Shown here: positions 51,061-64,000 of the stretch, piece after piece | How positions within the stretch are numbered: the first letter of the stretch is position 1 | Layout: the number at the start of each line of letters is the position of its first letter | Program-made: the position numbers and the translations under genes | The notes under the pieces: model-generated | The model's input: only the letters and a program-made list of their open reading frames with translations | The model's database searches: none | What the model was told of the DNA's origin: nothing | DNA from: Pristiophorus japonicus | Lineage: Eukaryota | DNA length: 64,000 nucleotides | NCBI RefSeq assembly: GCF_044704955.1 | Contig: NC_091994.1 | Coordinates: forward strand, 48,670,001-48,734,000 | Direction: 5' to 3'

Positions 51061-52180
51061 GGTATTGGGGGTAATGTATTGACATGGATAGAGAACTGGT
51101 TGGCAGACAGGAAGCAGAGAGTCGGGATAAACGGGTCCTTTTCAGAATGGCAGGCAGTGACTAGTGGGTGTGCCGCAGGGCTCAGTGCTGGCACCACAGC
51201 TATTTACAATATACAGCAATGATTTAGATGAAGGAATTGAGTTTAATATCTCCAAGTTTGCAGATGACACTAAGCTGGGTGGCAGTGTGAGCTGTGAGGA
51301 GGATGCTAAGAGGTTGCAGGGTGACTTGGACAGGTTAGGTGAGTGGGCAAATGCATGGCAGATGCAGTATAATGTGGATAAATGTTTGGTTATCCACTTT
51401 GGTGGCAAAAACACGAAGGCAGAATATTATCTGAATGGCGGCAGATTAGGAAAAGGGGAAGTGCAACGAGACCTGGGTGTCATGGTACATCAGTCATTGA
51501 AGGTTGGCATGCAGGTGCAGCAGGAGGTGAAGAAGGCAAATGGCATGTTGGCTTCAAAGCTAGGGGATTTGAGTATAGGAGCATGGAGGTCTTGCTGCAA
51601 CTGTACAGGATCTTGGTGAGGCCTCACCTGGAATACTGTGTTTAGTTTTGGTCTCCTAATCTGAGGAAGGATGTTCTTGCTATTGAGGGAATGCAGCGAA
51701 GGTTCACCAGACTGATTCCCGGGATGGCAGGACTGACATATGAGGAAAGACTGGATCGACTGGGCCTGTATTCAGTGGAGTTTAGAAGGATGAGAGGGAA
51801 TCTCATAGAAACATATAAAATTCTGACGGGACTGGACAGTTTAGATGCAGAAAGAATGTTCCCGATGTTGTGGGAGTCCAGAACCAGGGGTCACAGTCTA
51901 AGGATAAGGGGTAAGCCATTTGGGACCGAGATGAGGATAAACCTCTTCACTCAGAAAGTTGTTAACCTGTGGAATTCTCTTCTGCAGAGAATTGTTGATG
52001 CCAGTTCATTGGATATATTCAAGAGGGAGTTGGATATGGCCCTGATGACTAAAGGGATCAAGGGGTATGGAAAGAAAGCAGGAAAGGGGTACTGAGGTGA
52101 ATGATCAGCCTTGATCTTATTGAATGGATCGAGGGCCCAAATAGCCTACTTCTGCACCTATTTTCTATGTTTCTATGTTT
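51061..52180 (+). mobile_element. 5'-truncated CR1 LINE
   Basis: GVPQGS, FADD, C-terminus, TTTCTATG tail. Confidence 0.9.
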
Positions 52181-52218
52181 CACTTCCACTTCCCTGCCCT
52201 CTCCCCATAACCGTTTAA

Positions 52219-54440
52219 GAACATAAGAACATAAGAAATAGGAGCAGGAATAGGCCATACGGTCCCTCGAGCCTGCTTCGCCACTTAATACGATCTTGGC
52301 TGATCTGATCATGGACTCAGGTCCACTTTCCTGCCCGCTCCCCATAACCCCTTATTCCCTTATCAGTTAAGAAACTGTCTATCTCTGTCTTAAATTTATT
52401 CAATGTCCGAGCTTCCACAGCTCTCTAAGGCAGGGAATTCCACAGATCCACAACCCTCTGAGAAAGGAAATTTCTCCTCATCTCAGTTTTAAATGGGTGG
52501 CCCCTTATTCTAAGAATATGCCCCCTAGTTCTAGTCTCCCCCATCAGTGGAAACATTCTTTCTGCATCCACCTTGTCAAGCCCCCTCATAATCTTATACA
52601 TTTCGATAAGATCACCTCTCATATTCTTCTGAATTCCAATGAGTAGAGGGACAACCTACTCAACCTTTCCTCATAAGTCAACCCCCTCATCTCCGGGATC
52701 AACCTAGTGAACCTTCTCTGAACTGCCTCCAAAGCAAGTATATGCTTTCTTAAATATGGAAACCAAAACTGCACGCAGTATTCCAGGTGTGGCCTCACCA
52801 ATACCCTCTATAACTGTAGCAAGACTTCCTTGCTTTTATGCTCTATTCCCTTTACAATAAAAGCCAAGATTCCATTAGCCTCCTGATCACATGCTGTACC
52901 TACATATTAACCTTTTGTGTTTCATGCACAAGTACCTCCAGGTTCTGCTGTACTGCAGCACTTTGCAATCTTTCTCCATTTAAATTATGGCCCTGAAATT
53001 CCTTCCTCCCCAGGTCCGTACGAAGTTCCTATGGACCCGGGAAGGCATCAGAAAAGCCAGTTTTCGGCGCACATGTGCTGAAAACCGGCTTTTCTGATCG
53101 GTCAAGTTTCTGGCTTGACAGATCCTCTGCAGATCGGGAGCGAGGACATTTGTAAGTGGAAATTTCCGATATTTATGCATACAAATGTCCTTGAAAATCT
53201 TGCGCCTGAAAAAGCAGGCACATAGCCTACTTTTACATGCACAAGTGTTTTAAAAAACACAAAAACATATAAAAATAAAGTTATTAAAACATATTTTATC
53301 ATTAAAAACCCTCCCCACAATGGTAAGTTTATTTTTAAAAACTTTTTAAAAAATCAGGAAAATATATATTTTTTTAAGACATTAGTAACTTTAATTTAAA
53401 TGAATATAGTGTATATTTTCTATTTTTTTTTAGTGTTTTGGGTGTTTGGGGCTGTTTCTCAATCAATGCAATAAGATTTTAGGACTTTTCAGAACTCCTA
53501 TTACTACGATACTCTACCTGATTGGCTGCCCAGAGCCATGTGACTCCAGCTCTAGTCCTGCGCACGTCCCGACGTGCACGCGCTGCGACTCACAATCGGG
53601 AGAGGCCTCAGCATCGGAAAGTCGAATGTGGGCAGCAGCTTAAGGTAGGTGCATATTTTTTCTCTAAAATGCCCGCGGGAAGGCCAAAATGGAATTTCAG
53701 GGCCAATAACTTGCTCTTTGATTTTTTTTCTGCGAAAGTGCATGACCTCACACTTTCCAACATTATACTCCATCTGCCAAACTTTTTCCCACTCACTTAG
53801 CCTGTCTATGTCCTTTTGCAGATTTTGTGTGTCCTCCTCACACATTGCTTTTCCTCCCATCTTTGTATCATCAGCAAACTTGGCTATGTTACACTCGGTC
53901 CCTTCTTCCAAGTTGTTAATATAGATTGTAAATAGTTGGGATCCCAGCACTGATCACTGAGGTACCCCACTAGTTACTGGTTGCCAACCCGAGAATGAAC
54001 CATTTATCCCGACTCTCTGTTTTCTGTTCGTTAGCCAATCCTCTATCCATGCTAATATATTACCCGCAGCCCGTGAACTTTTATCTTGTGCAGTTAACTT
54101 TTATATGGCACCTTGTTAAATGCCTTCTCGAAGTCCAAATATGCCATATCCACTGGTTCCCGTTATCTACCCTCTTCATTACATCCTCAAAGAATTCCAG
54201 CAAATTTGTCAAACGTGACTTCCCCTTCATAAATCCATGCTGACTCTGCCTGACTGAATTATACTTTTCCAAATGTGCTGCTACTGCTTCTTTAATAATG
54301 AACTCCAACATTTTCCAAACCACAGATGTTAGGCTAACTGGTCTAGTTTCCTGCTTTTTGTCTGCCTCCTTTTTTAAATAGGGGTGTTACATTTGCAGTC
54401 TTCCAATCTGCTGGGACCTCCCCAGAATCCATGGAATTTT
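52219..54440 (-). mobile_element. CR1 LINE fragment interrupted by a MITE
   Basis: Tail (AACATAAG)n at about 52220; RT fragments on both sides of 52988-53705. Confidence 0.88.
52988..53705. mobile_element. Non-autonomous DNA transposon (MITE, possibly PIF/Harbinger)
   Basis: Perfect 15-bp TIRs TGGCCCTGAAATTCC / GGAATTTCAGGGCCA; AT-rich target; no transposase. Confidence 0.85.
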
Positions 54441-55934
54441 GGTTTTGTTTATCGTTCAAAAATCTGTCTTATCTCCAATTTAAGTATATTCAATGACCCA
54501 GCCTCCACAGCTCTCTGGGGCAGATAATTCCATTGATTTACAGCCCTCAGAATAAATTCCTCCTCATCTCAGTTTTAAATGGGCGGCCCCTTTTTCTGAG
54601 TCTATGTCCCCTAGTTTTAGTTTCGTCTATGAGTGAAAATATACTCTCTGCATCCATCTTGTCGATCCCCCTCATTATCTTATATGGAGGAAGTTCTGTT
54701 TCAGTCTGTGCCAGGGGCTGATGAGGGACGGTAAGTTTCAGTCTGGGATAGGGCATGGTGAGGGGGTCGGGTTCAGTCTGTGGCACGACTTGGTGCAGGT
54801 GGATCTTGTTCAGTCTGGGAGAGGGCACGGTGAGGGGGTCGGGTTCAGACTGGGACAGTGCATTGGTTTTGTCTGGGACAGTGTGTGGCGAGTGGTCCAG
54901 TACAATCTGTTTGAGACTTGGGACAGTGATTGGTGAGAGTGGTCTGTTGCACTCTGGTTCAACCTGAGACAGTGCCTGATATGGTTCTTGTTCAGTCTGG
55001 GACAGGGGTTGGTGAGGGGTGCCTGAATCATTCTGGGACAAGCTCTGATGAGAGGGCTCTGGCTCAGTCTGATATAGGGGATGGTCTTGGAGGGTCTGGT
55101 TCAGTCTGGGACACCGGCTATTTAGGGAAAGTCTAGTTCAATCTGGGACAGGCTCTGGTGAGGGAGGGTTTGGGTCAGTCTGGGATAGGGACTGGTGAGC
55201 GAGGGTCTTGCTCAGACTGGAACAGGGGCTGGTTGTAGTCTGGTTGGGTCTGGGACAGGGGCTCATGATGGAGGGTTTGCATTAGTCTGGTACAGGAGCT
55301 GACGAGGGAGATTCTGATTCAGTCCGGGATATTAGCTGTTGAGGTGGGGTCAGGTTCAAGGGATAGGGGCTGCTGAGGGCGTCTGGTTTTGTCTAGGACC
55401 GGGGCTGGTGAGGGGGGCCTGGTTCAGACTGGTTCAGTCTGAGACAGAGTCTGGTGAGGGTGTCTTGTTCAGTCTGGTTCAGTCTGGGAAAGGAACTGGT
55501 AAGGGAGGCCTGGTTTAGTCTGGGACAGGGGCTGATGAGGTGGGCGTGGTCCAGCCTGGTTCAGATTGGCACCGTGGTTGGTGAGGGTGTCTGCTGCAGT
55601 CTGGATCAGGCTGGTAATGTGGCTGGTGAGGACGCAACTACTTCAGTCTAGGACATGGACTATTGAGGGTATAACTGGCTCATTCCGGGACAGCTGCTGA
55701 TGCGGGATGGTCTAGGTCAGTCTGGAACAGCTGCTGGGGTGAAGGGTGCTGGTACTGTCTTGTTCAGATTGGGACAGTGGATGCTCAGGCAGTCTGGTTC
55801 AGTCTGGAACAAGGACTGGTGAGCGGTCCTGGATCAGTCTTGTTCAGCTTCGGACAGTTGTTGATGGGGGTTGGTCTGGTTCAGTCTGCGAGAGGGTCAG
55901 GTGAGCGATATTCTGGTTTATTCTGGGATATTTT

Positions 55935-57244
55935 GTAACTCTCAAGAAAAATATATTCTAGTGCGGAGGAAAGGGTGTAAAAGAAAAGATAGACATCCGT
56001 GGCTAACTAAAGAACTAAAGGATGGTATCCAATTAAAAACAAGGGCATACAAAGTGGCCAAAACTAGTGGGAGGACAGAAGATTGGGAAGCTTTTAAAAG
56101 CCAGAAAAGAATGACTAAAAAATGATTAAGAAAGGGTAGATAGACTATGAAAGTAAACTAGCATGAAATATAAAAAGATAGCAAGAGGTATATAAAAAGG
56201 AAAAGAATGGCTAAAGCAAATGTTGGCCCCTTAGAGGACGAGACTCGGGAATTAGTGATGAGGAACATGGAGATGGCAGAAACTCTGAACAAATATTTTG
56301 TATCAGTCTTTATGGTAGAAGACACTAACAATATTCCGACAGTGGATATATGGGAGGAAAAGCAAAGTGTGAGGAGGACACACAAAATCTGCAAAAGGAC
56401 TTAGACAGGCTAAGTGAGTGGGAAAAAAAATTGGCAGATGGAGTATAATTTGGATAGTGTGAGGTTATGCACTTTGGCAAAAAAAAATCAAAGAGCAAGT
56501 TATTATTTAAATGGAGCAAAATTGCAAAATGCTGAAGTACAGCAGGACCTGGGGGTCATGGTGCATGAAACACAAAAGATTAGTATGCAGATACAGCAAG
56601 TGACCAGGAAGGCCAATGGAATCTTGACCTTTATTGCAAAGGGGATGGAGTATAAAAGCAGCAAAGTCTTGCTACAGTTGTACAGGGTATTGGTGAGGCC
56701 ACACCTGGAATACTGCGTACAGTTTTGGTTTCCATATTTAAGAAAGGATATACTTGCTTTGGAGGCAGTTCAGAAAAGGTTCACTAAGTTGATCCCAGCG
56801 ATGAGGGCATTGACTTATGAGGAAAGGTTGAGTAAGTTGGGCCTCTACTCATTGGAATTCTGAAGAATGAGAGGTGATCTAATCAAAACATATAAGATTA
56901 TGAGGGGGCTTGACAAGGTGGATGCAGAGAGGATGTTTCCGCTGATAAGGGAGACTAGAGCTAGGGGTATAATCTTTGAATAAAGGGCCACCCATTTAAA
57001 ACTGAGATGAGGAGGAATTTCTTCTCTCAGAGGGTTGTAAATCTGTGGAATCTGTCAGAAAGCTGTGGAAGCTGGGTCATTGAATACAGAGATAGACAGT
57101 TTCTTAACCGATAAGGGGTTATGGAGAGCGGGCAGGGAAGTGGACCTGAGTCCATGATCGGATCAGCCAAGATCGTATTAAATGGTGGAGCAGGCTCGAG
57201 GGGCCATATGGCCTACTCCTGCTCCTATTTCTTATGTTCTTATG
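55935..57244 (+). mobile_element. CR1 fragment with internal deletion near 56350
   Basis: NIPTVD joined directly to the post-FADD region; TTCTTATG tail. Confidence 0.88.
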
Positions 57245-57559
57245 TAGTGCAGAAAAGAATCCAGGCATTCATTTTGTTCTGCAGGATAATCCTAGAGTCA
57301 TGGGCAGCTTTGGAAGAGTGAGGCCCAATAGAGCTTGAGGTGGTCCAGCCAGGTCTAGTGAAGGATGGCTAAGCCAGTTGTACGCAATACACACTCCATT
57401 CTGTGTGCCTTGGACTTAAAGAGGAAAAGATAGGGGCCACTCCAGAGAGAATAACTGGGATAGGAGATGGTGAATCTTTTTCTGCAGATCAGTGCATCAA
57501 AGATGGAAGCAAGGGAGCAGTGGAACAAATTGATAGCTACAGAGGTGTTATAGCTCTGC

Positions 57560-58245
57560 AGGTCAGGCTATAAAAGAGCTGGAGCGGCAGGCTCTGGAAC
57601 ATCGTGGCCCCCCCAGACCTGCGAGAGAACAGCTCCGCAGGTCGCGCTATAAAAGAGCAGGAGCGGCGTACTTCAACCTCCAGGGTGAGTTGCTCCAAAG
57701 ATTTTGAGATGGGCGACTGGGTGACGTCATCTTGGTCGCTGTTTTGGAGCGTGGGCAGGAACATCGGCAGGAACAGAGGAGTGGGAAGGCCGGGGCGGAT
57801 GAGCGGCGAGTGTTTGTGGCGAGATGCGGTGAATGTTTATGGCGGAGGAACGGCGAGAGATTGTGGCGGAGGTGCGACAGAAGAGGGTACGGGGCCTAGA
57901 AGAGTCGAGGGCCCAGGGGCAGGCCCAGGGGCAGCACGGGCAGGCCCAGGGGCAGCGCGGGCTGGCCCACACTGCGATATGTGTGCGCGCTAGGTCCGTG
58001 CAGCAGAGCAGGTCTCCAGTCGTCTTAGTTAACCCTTTCCACTGGACCAAGACCGAGCTCTGTCAAGCCTGTGTGGTGGCTGGTATGCAATGATAACAAC
58101 ATGTTAAAAAAATTCACGCACAGGCATCTTCCACTCCCTCAATTGGAGTTCAGGACTGGAACATTGGGTCCTTCATTGAAATACCCGTGAACTCGTGGAA
58201 GCAAGTCATCCTCGTTCGAGGGATCACCTATGATGATGATGATTA
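57560..58245 (+). mobile_element. Unclassified GC-rich retroposon-like repeat with (GAT)n tail
   Basis: Duplicated ATAAAAGAGC(T/A)GGAGCGGC and GGCCCAGGGGCA repeats; ends TATGATGATGATGAT. Confidence 0.5.
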
Positions 58246-58674
58246 TTATTCTGGAGCAAGGGTTAGTGAGGGTAGATCTGGTTGAATCTGGGACAGGGGA
58301 CTGATCCTGGATGATCTGATTCAGTCTGGAACAACGGCTGGTGAAGGGGTATGGTTCAGTCCGGTTCAGATTGGGACTGTGGCTGGTGAGGGAAAATTTG
58401 GTTTGAGTCTGGGACTGAGGCTGATGAGGGAGGGTGTGGTTCAGTTAGGGACAGTGGCTGCTTAGGGGCTGGGTGGGTGGGGGGCTGGTTCAGTCCGGTT
58501 CAGATTGGGACAATGGCAGGTGAGGGTGTCTGATTAAATCTGGTTCAGCCTGGTAATGATGCTGGTGAAGGCGGGACTGGTTCAGCCTGGGACAGGGGCT
58601 GACTGGGGAAGGTTTGGTTCAGTATGGGGCAGGGACTCGTGAGCTGTTCTGGTACAGTCTGGGACATGTGCATT

Positions 58675-60790
58675 GAAACATAGAAACATAGAATCATAGA
58701 AAATAGGATCAGTAGTAGGCCATTCAGCCCTTTGAGCCTGCACTGCCATTCAATTTGATCATCGCTGATCCTCTATCTCAACACCCTATTTTCTCGCTTT
58801 TCCCCCAAGGCACTTGATGGCTTTTGTGTCTAGAAACCTTTCTATCTCCTTCTTAAATATATTCACTGACTTGGCCTCCAAAGCCTTCTGTGGTAGAGAA
58901 TTCCAAAGGTTCATGACCCTCTTGAGTGAAAAAATTTCTCCTCATCTCAGTCCTAAATTTCCTACCCCGTATCCTGAGACTGTGACCCCTTGTTCTAGAC
59001 TTCCCAGTCAGAGGAAACATGCTTCCCGCATCCAGTCTGTCCAACCCCGACAGAATTTTATACCTTTCAATGAGACCTCCTCACATTCTTCTAAACTCTA
59101 GTGAATACAGGCATAGTAGACCCAATCTCTCCTCATACGACAGTCCTGCCATCCCAGGAATCAGTCTGGTGAATCTTTGCTGCACTCCCTCTAGGGCAAG
59201 TATAACCTTTCTTAGGTAAGGAGACCAAAACTGCACAAAATACTCCATGTGTGGTCTGTAAGGGGAGCTTAGGGTGTGGGTTCGAATCCACACTCCCCTG
59301 GGGTTCTGTACGTGCGATTTATGAGGATGGGTGAGTAATGAGGCACCAGACACAGTGGGTAAGAGTATAAAATGGCTAATGTTGTTTATTTAGAAAAGTA
59401 AACACCAAGATAGAGGGCATAGGAAGAGGTCATAAATAGCAGTAATGGCACAATCTCACTCAACAACACGAAAAATCTCGCAACAGTGAAGGGGAAAATA
59501 AGAGGTTAAAACATTTCACTCACACAACCACACCTCCCACGTCCACCCTTCCTATCAATTCCGATCCTAAATTGAGTCTGTGAGAGGGTTTGGGCTATAC
59601 TCACAATCCTATCAACTCCGGGGTTCTGGGGGCACTTATTTCAGCTCGGGGTCCCTCTGGGGTGGGTTTTCCGTTGTTGGTCAGTTCGGTTTTCCTCCTC
59701 GATGTTGCGTTGGTTTCTTCTCTTTGCCTTTCGGTTGGCTCCTAAGCAAAAAGCTGCTGGAGTTAAGCACACCTTCCCCAGAGCAAGGGCCCTGTGAAAA
59801 GCTGACTCAACTCCCAAAAGCTGACTCCAACCTCCAAAAGCTGACTCTCATTGCTCCAAAAGCTGACTCTCGCTGCTCGTTCTGTAGCTCCTATCTTTGT
59901 ATTCAATTTAGTTCTGGCCTTTTCGCGCTCAAACTCAGTTGGTGGTCCATTGTGTAAGTTTGGGCGGGGAGATAGCTTTGAATATGTAATCAGAAGATGT
60001 CACAGGTACAGGTAGGTGTGAGAACAGGGGTATTGTTTCAGTGCACATTGGTGCCTCAATGTCTGCTGGTCCATTGTAACAGTCTTGGGAGTCAATCGGT
60101 TTGGGCCTCCCCTTTGATGGGCCATTAGGTAGATAATTGTTCACATTCATTAGGGGTGAGTCATATTTTCAGACTGGGCCGGGTAGTCCCCATTGGTTGA
60201 GGATTTCCCCGCTTCAACCCCTGATTGGCCTGCCAGAATGCACTTTTCCCCCATTGGCCAGTGCCTCTGTCTCGCTTGTGAGCCAGATTCCACAATGTCG
60301 GTATCCGCCCACACGTTTCCCAGCCTGCCTGGTCTGAGGATTTTACTTGCCCAAAAATGTTCATTTAAAATGTATAGAACAATCCCATCTTAGTTTTCTT
60401 GTCCTTAGGGTGTTCCAATAAAAATGCGGCCATGGATTTTCAAACTTTACAGGTCTCACCAAGGTCCTGTATAACTGTAGTAAGATAACATTGCTCCTGT
60501 ACTCAAATCATCTTGCAATGGAGGCCAACATACCATTTGAATTCCTAACTACTTGCTGCACCTGCATATTTGCTTTCAATGACTGGTGTACAAGTACACC
60601 CAGGTCCTTTTGTACATCGACATTTCCCAAGCTATCACCATTTAAATAATACCTTGTCTTTATGTTTTTCCTACCAAAGTGGATAACTTCATACTTATCC
60701 ATGTTATACTGCATCTGCCATGTGTTTGCCCACTCACTCAACCTATCTAAATCGCCTTGCAGAGTCTTTGCATCCTCCTCACAACTCATT
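58675..60790 (-). mobile_element. CR1 3' fragment interrupted by a solo LTR
   Basis: (CATAGAAA)n tail at 58676-58702; RT C-terminal peptides on either side. Confidence 0.88.
59257..60451. mobile_element. Solo LTR, 1195 bp
   Basis: TGTAA...TTACA termini; TSD GGTC (59253-56, 60452-55); the CR1 reading frame is restored on removal. Confidence 0.85.
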
Positions 60791-62210
60791 TTATGACCCA
60801 GAGCTACCTCAAGGAGGGCGATGTTTTTGATGTCAATGTGGGTTGGTGTATGTGCAGTTTATAACCGTGAATTTTCCCCAGGGATGGACAGTTGGTGATG
60901 TCGCTGTGGTGTGCATTTTGTGCAGTGAGTGACCGTGACCTGCCCCAGGGAGGGGGCAGTGTGTGATGTCCTTGTGTAAGATTAAATTGGAAGTCTCTTT
61001 GGACTGTTCAATGGTTTGAAGCTGACACCATATTGGTAGGAATTATGTTTTTATTTAAGGATAAGCAAGAATTAATACACTCAGTAGTTAAGCAGAAGTT
61101 TTCAATTTACAAATGAGAATTATATTACCCAGAATGTTGAATTAGGTAGTAGGGGAGGACTATTCCTCGTCCCTGCTACTGGCATACCGTCTGTCCCTGT
61201 CCCGATCGGTGCCTTTCCTGACCCGACCACGATGAGAATGACCCAAATTCACTAAGATACACCCCACGAACGGAGCCACGGAAAAATCCGTCAATCATGT
61301 TTATCCTATACATCCAATTCCACCCAATCATGAGTCTGTGACCCTCTGTCTCCAGGCACGGGTCTTGGGAACTCTTATTTCCAACCTCAGTACAAGCTTT
61401 TTCTGTTATGTTTTTCAGTTTCCATGCTGACGACGCAACACAGGATCTTGATAATAATGAGTCCTAACTAAGTGCATTACGATTAGTAAAAACAATTTAT
61501 AATTGATTATTTTCAACAGTTTGCAAATGCTCTGTGTGCTTCTACCTTCAGAGAAGAGAGATGAGCGATAATCGAAGACAACTCTGAGCTCCCCGGTGTT
61601 ATTTCCTAGCGATAATACGTGTGTTTCCCAGTGATAATACGTGTGATTGTAACACCACAGCCACAGGTGACAGAGCCAGAACCTTGTGTCAGCAGGAAAT
61701 CCAAAGCAGTGTGTTTGTCTTTGCAGATCAAGTTTTTCATTGAAAGTCTTTGGTTCATTTTACACTCGCAATGCCCAATCCCTGAAAATACTCTCCAAAG
61801 GCCGTATTCTTACAGGTAGATGCAGTTTGTGATCTCCCTGTGAGGTGCAGTTTGTTCAGGTCATGTCCCTGAGCTGCCCCATGATTGGGCAGTGTGTGAT
61901 CTCCATTTGGGCTGCAATATATTCTGCGTCTGTCCCTGGGCTACACCAAAGAGGGGGCAGTGTGTAATGAGCCTGTGTGGTGCAGTATGTCCTGTGCCTG
62001 AATCTGAGCTTCCCTAGGGAGGGGCAGTGTGCGATCCCCCTGTGGATGGAGTATGTTTAATGTTTGACCCTGAGCTTCCCAACGAGGGGGCAGTGTGTGA
62101 TGACCCTGTGGGGCGCAATATGTTCAGAGTCTGACCCTGAGCTTCTCCAGGGAGGTGCAGTGTGTGATGTCCCTGGGAAGTACAGTATGTTCAGTACCTG
62201 GCCATGAGCT
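60790..62210 (+). repeat. About 62-bp degenerate tandem repeat (GAGGGGGCAGTGTGTGATG...), interrupted at 60975-61814
   Basis: Units at 60790-60975 and 61820-62210. Confidence 0.8.
60975..61814 (-). mobile_element. Possible LTR/ERV remnant
   Basis: TGTAAGA...TCTTACA inverted ends; decayed Ser-like PBS near 61421-61438; no TSD found. Confidence 0.4.
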
Positions 62211-62349
62211 GTCTATCTCTGTCTTAAATTTATTCAATGACCCAGCTTCCACAGCGCTCTGAGGCAGCGAATTCTACAGATTTACAACCCTCTGAGAGGA
62301 GAAATTCCCCCTCATCTCAGTTTTAAATGGGCCCCTTATTCTAAGATTT

Positions 62350-62800
62350 AACTGGTTTCTCTCCACTGTGAACCCACTAGTGTTCTATGGTGTTCATAGA
62401 CTGAGCGAATCCCTTCGCACGCTCGTGGCAGGTAAACAATCTCTCTCCAGTGTGAACTCTTTGGTGTGTCAGCAGGTGGAATGAGTGCCTAAACCCCTTT
62501 CCGCAGTAAGAGCCTCCAAGCGGTATTTCTCGTCAGTGTGAACTATCGCGTGCTTCTGCAGGATGGATATTATTCATTGATTCGCTTCCCACACACGGCA
62601 CAGAAGAACAACCTCCCTACGGTGTGAATGCGCTGATTATTTTTCAACTGGGATGGGGAAGGAAATTGCTTCCCACAGTCCCCACAGTTGCCCCGTCTCT
62701 CCTTGGAAAGATTGCATTTGTGTCTTGACATTTCAGATGATGGGCTGAAGCGTCGTCCATACACAGAGCACATGTAATCCCCCCCCTTCCCCTGCACCCC
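62350..62800 (-). pseudogene. Decayed C2H2 zinc-finger array
   Basis: CGDCGKQF..QRIHT, CAVCGK, CGKGF..HQRVHTGERLFTC remnants with stops and frameshifts. Confidence 0.8.
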
Positions 62801-63044
62801 CCCCACCGCCCCCGTGATTGGTCCTGATGATACCAGTGACTCTGTCATCACTGTAAGTGCGATAGAATCATAGAATCATAGAAATTTACAGAATGGAAGG
62901 AAGCCATTTCGGCCCATCGTGTCCGTGCTGGCCGACAAGAGGCTATCCAGACTAATCCCACTTTCCAGCTCTCGGTCCGTAGCCCTGTAGGTTATGGCAC
63001 TTCAAGTGCACATCCAAGCGCTTCTTAAATGTGGTAATGGTTTC

Positions 63045-64000
63045 TGTTCTGTCTTCAGATGCTCGAATAATGACGCCACGAGACAATGTGTTGCTTGAAC
63101 TGTAGTGATCTTAATCCATTTAATGTAACTCCAGAGTGAGGATCACACATGGTGGCCTGCCTTTTATACTAGGCCTAGCACACCTGTACAGGTAACCTAC
63201 AAGTCTCCCACTGCAGTCCCCTCCGGTGACACACCTTGTAATTGTACAAGCAGTAACCATGTAGGATACATGACATCACTCTCCCCCAAGTCCTTAGTGC
63301 AAATCGCCTTTGCGTTGACTATGCTCTGGGCTTAGCTCTATGTGGTTGACCCTTGGAGGGTCGTTTCTATCTTGGGTGAGTAGATGGTGTTTCGTTGGCA
63401 TTGAAGTTGCTGGTGGTTTCTGTTTGTGCGTCCATGATCACTCCATTCTCTTCCCCCGCTCTCCCCCACCCCCCCTTCCAGATTGTGCCGTTGGCTCATT
63501 ACATTCATATACATTCAAGTCCAAAAAAAAATTGCATTTACAGTATTGCATTCGTGGTACCGTGGTGAGGTAAGTACAGTTGAATGGTGAGGTACATACT
63601 TGGAATATACTTGGAGTCAGTGCTGAGGTCAGCACCGGTGCCTGAGGACAAACTGGTGCCAGAACGGCTGGATGGTGTCCAGGTAGTCTGGTGGTGGCAT
63701 GGTGCCCAGTGCTGGCAGTGGGAACCCGGTTGGCTCAAGTTGCCTGCTCTCTGGGCCTTTGCCATTGCTTCTAGCATTGGGCAGTTTCACAGATGCCTGT
63801 GACCTCCCTGTCCTCTCCTTGCACCCCAGGTCACTGCTGCTCCCTGAGGAGCAGTCGTCTACAGTGCATAGGGAACTGCTGACTCTCTTGCCTGGGCATT
63901 ATTTGGTTTGGGATCCTGGCTGGTCCCAGTCCCATTTGGGAGAACCGTTGTGGGTGACCCTTCGCTCCTGGGTGTAGCATTGGTGGCGATAGGGTCTGGG
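63045..64000 (-). mobile_element. 3' end of a Gypsy-type LTR element (LTR 63045-63275) inserted in a CR1 tail
   Basis: TG...CATGACA LTR end like other Gypsy LTRs in the window; PPT GGGGGAGAGTGA; continues past the window. Confidence 0.75.

Larger units (their letters stand above)
54685..58670 (+). repeat. Same G-rich satellite (54685-55930, 58250-58670) with insertions
   Basis: Recurrent GGTTCAGTCTGGGACAGGGGCTGGTGAGG units. Confidence 0.88.

Overview
Eukaryotic, repeat-dense DNA, almost certainly from a cartilaginous fish (shark). The only clear host gene is a germline IgNAR-type heavy-chain cluster on the minus strand: leader (13387-13429), V exon (12974-13245), two D segments and one J (9865-9900), all with recombination signal sequences (RSS). 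It appears damaged by three separate retrotransposon insertions, and no constant exons are visible. The rest is nested mobile DNA: many CR1 LINEs, Tx1-like LINE fragments, four Gypsy-type LTR elements, a solo LTR, a MITE, G-rich satellites, a decayed C2H2 zinc-finger sequence and two endogenous retroviruses. ERV-1 (38150-47226) has identical 677-bp LTRs, a tRNA-Gln PBS, intact gag and env, and a defective pol carrying a 2H-phosphoesterase (CNPase-like) domain between protease and RT. ERV-2 (18014-23055, minus strand) has lost RT/RNase H but keeps an open env homologous to that of ERV-1 on a dissimilar gag/LTR backbone. A 55-bp tandem repeat forming an array of CTCF-like motifs lies downstream of J. 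Boundaries of old LINE fragments and satellites are approximate.
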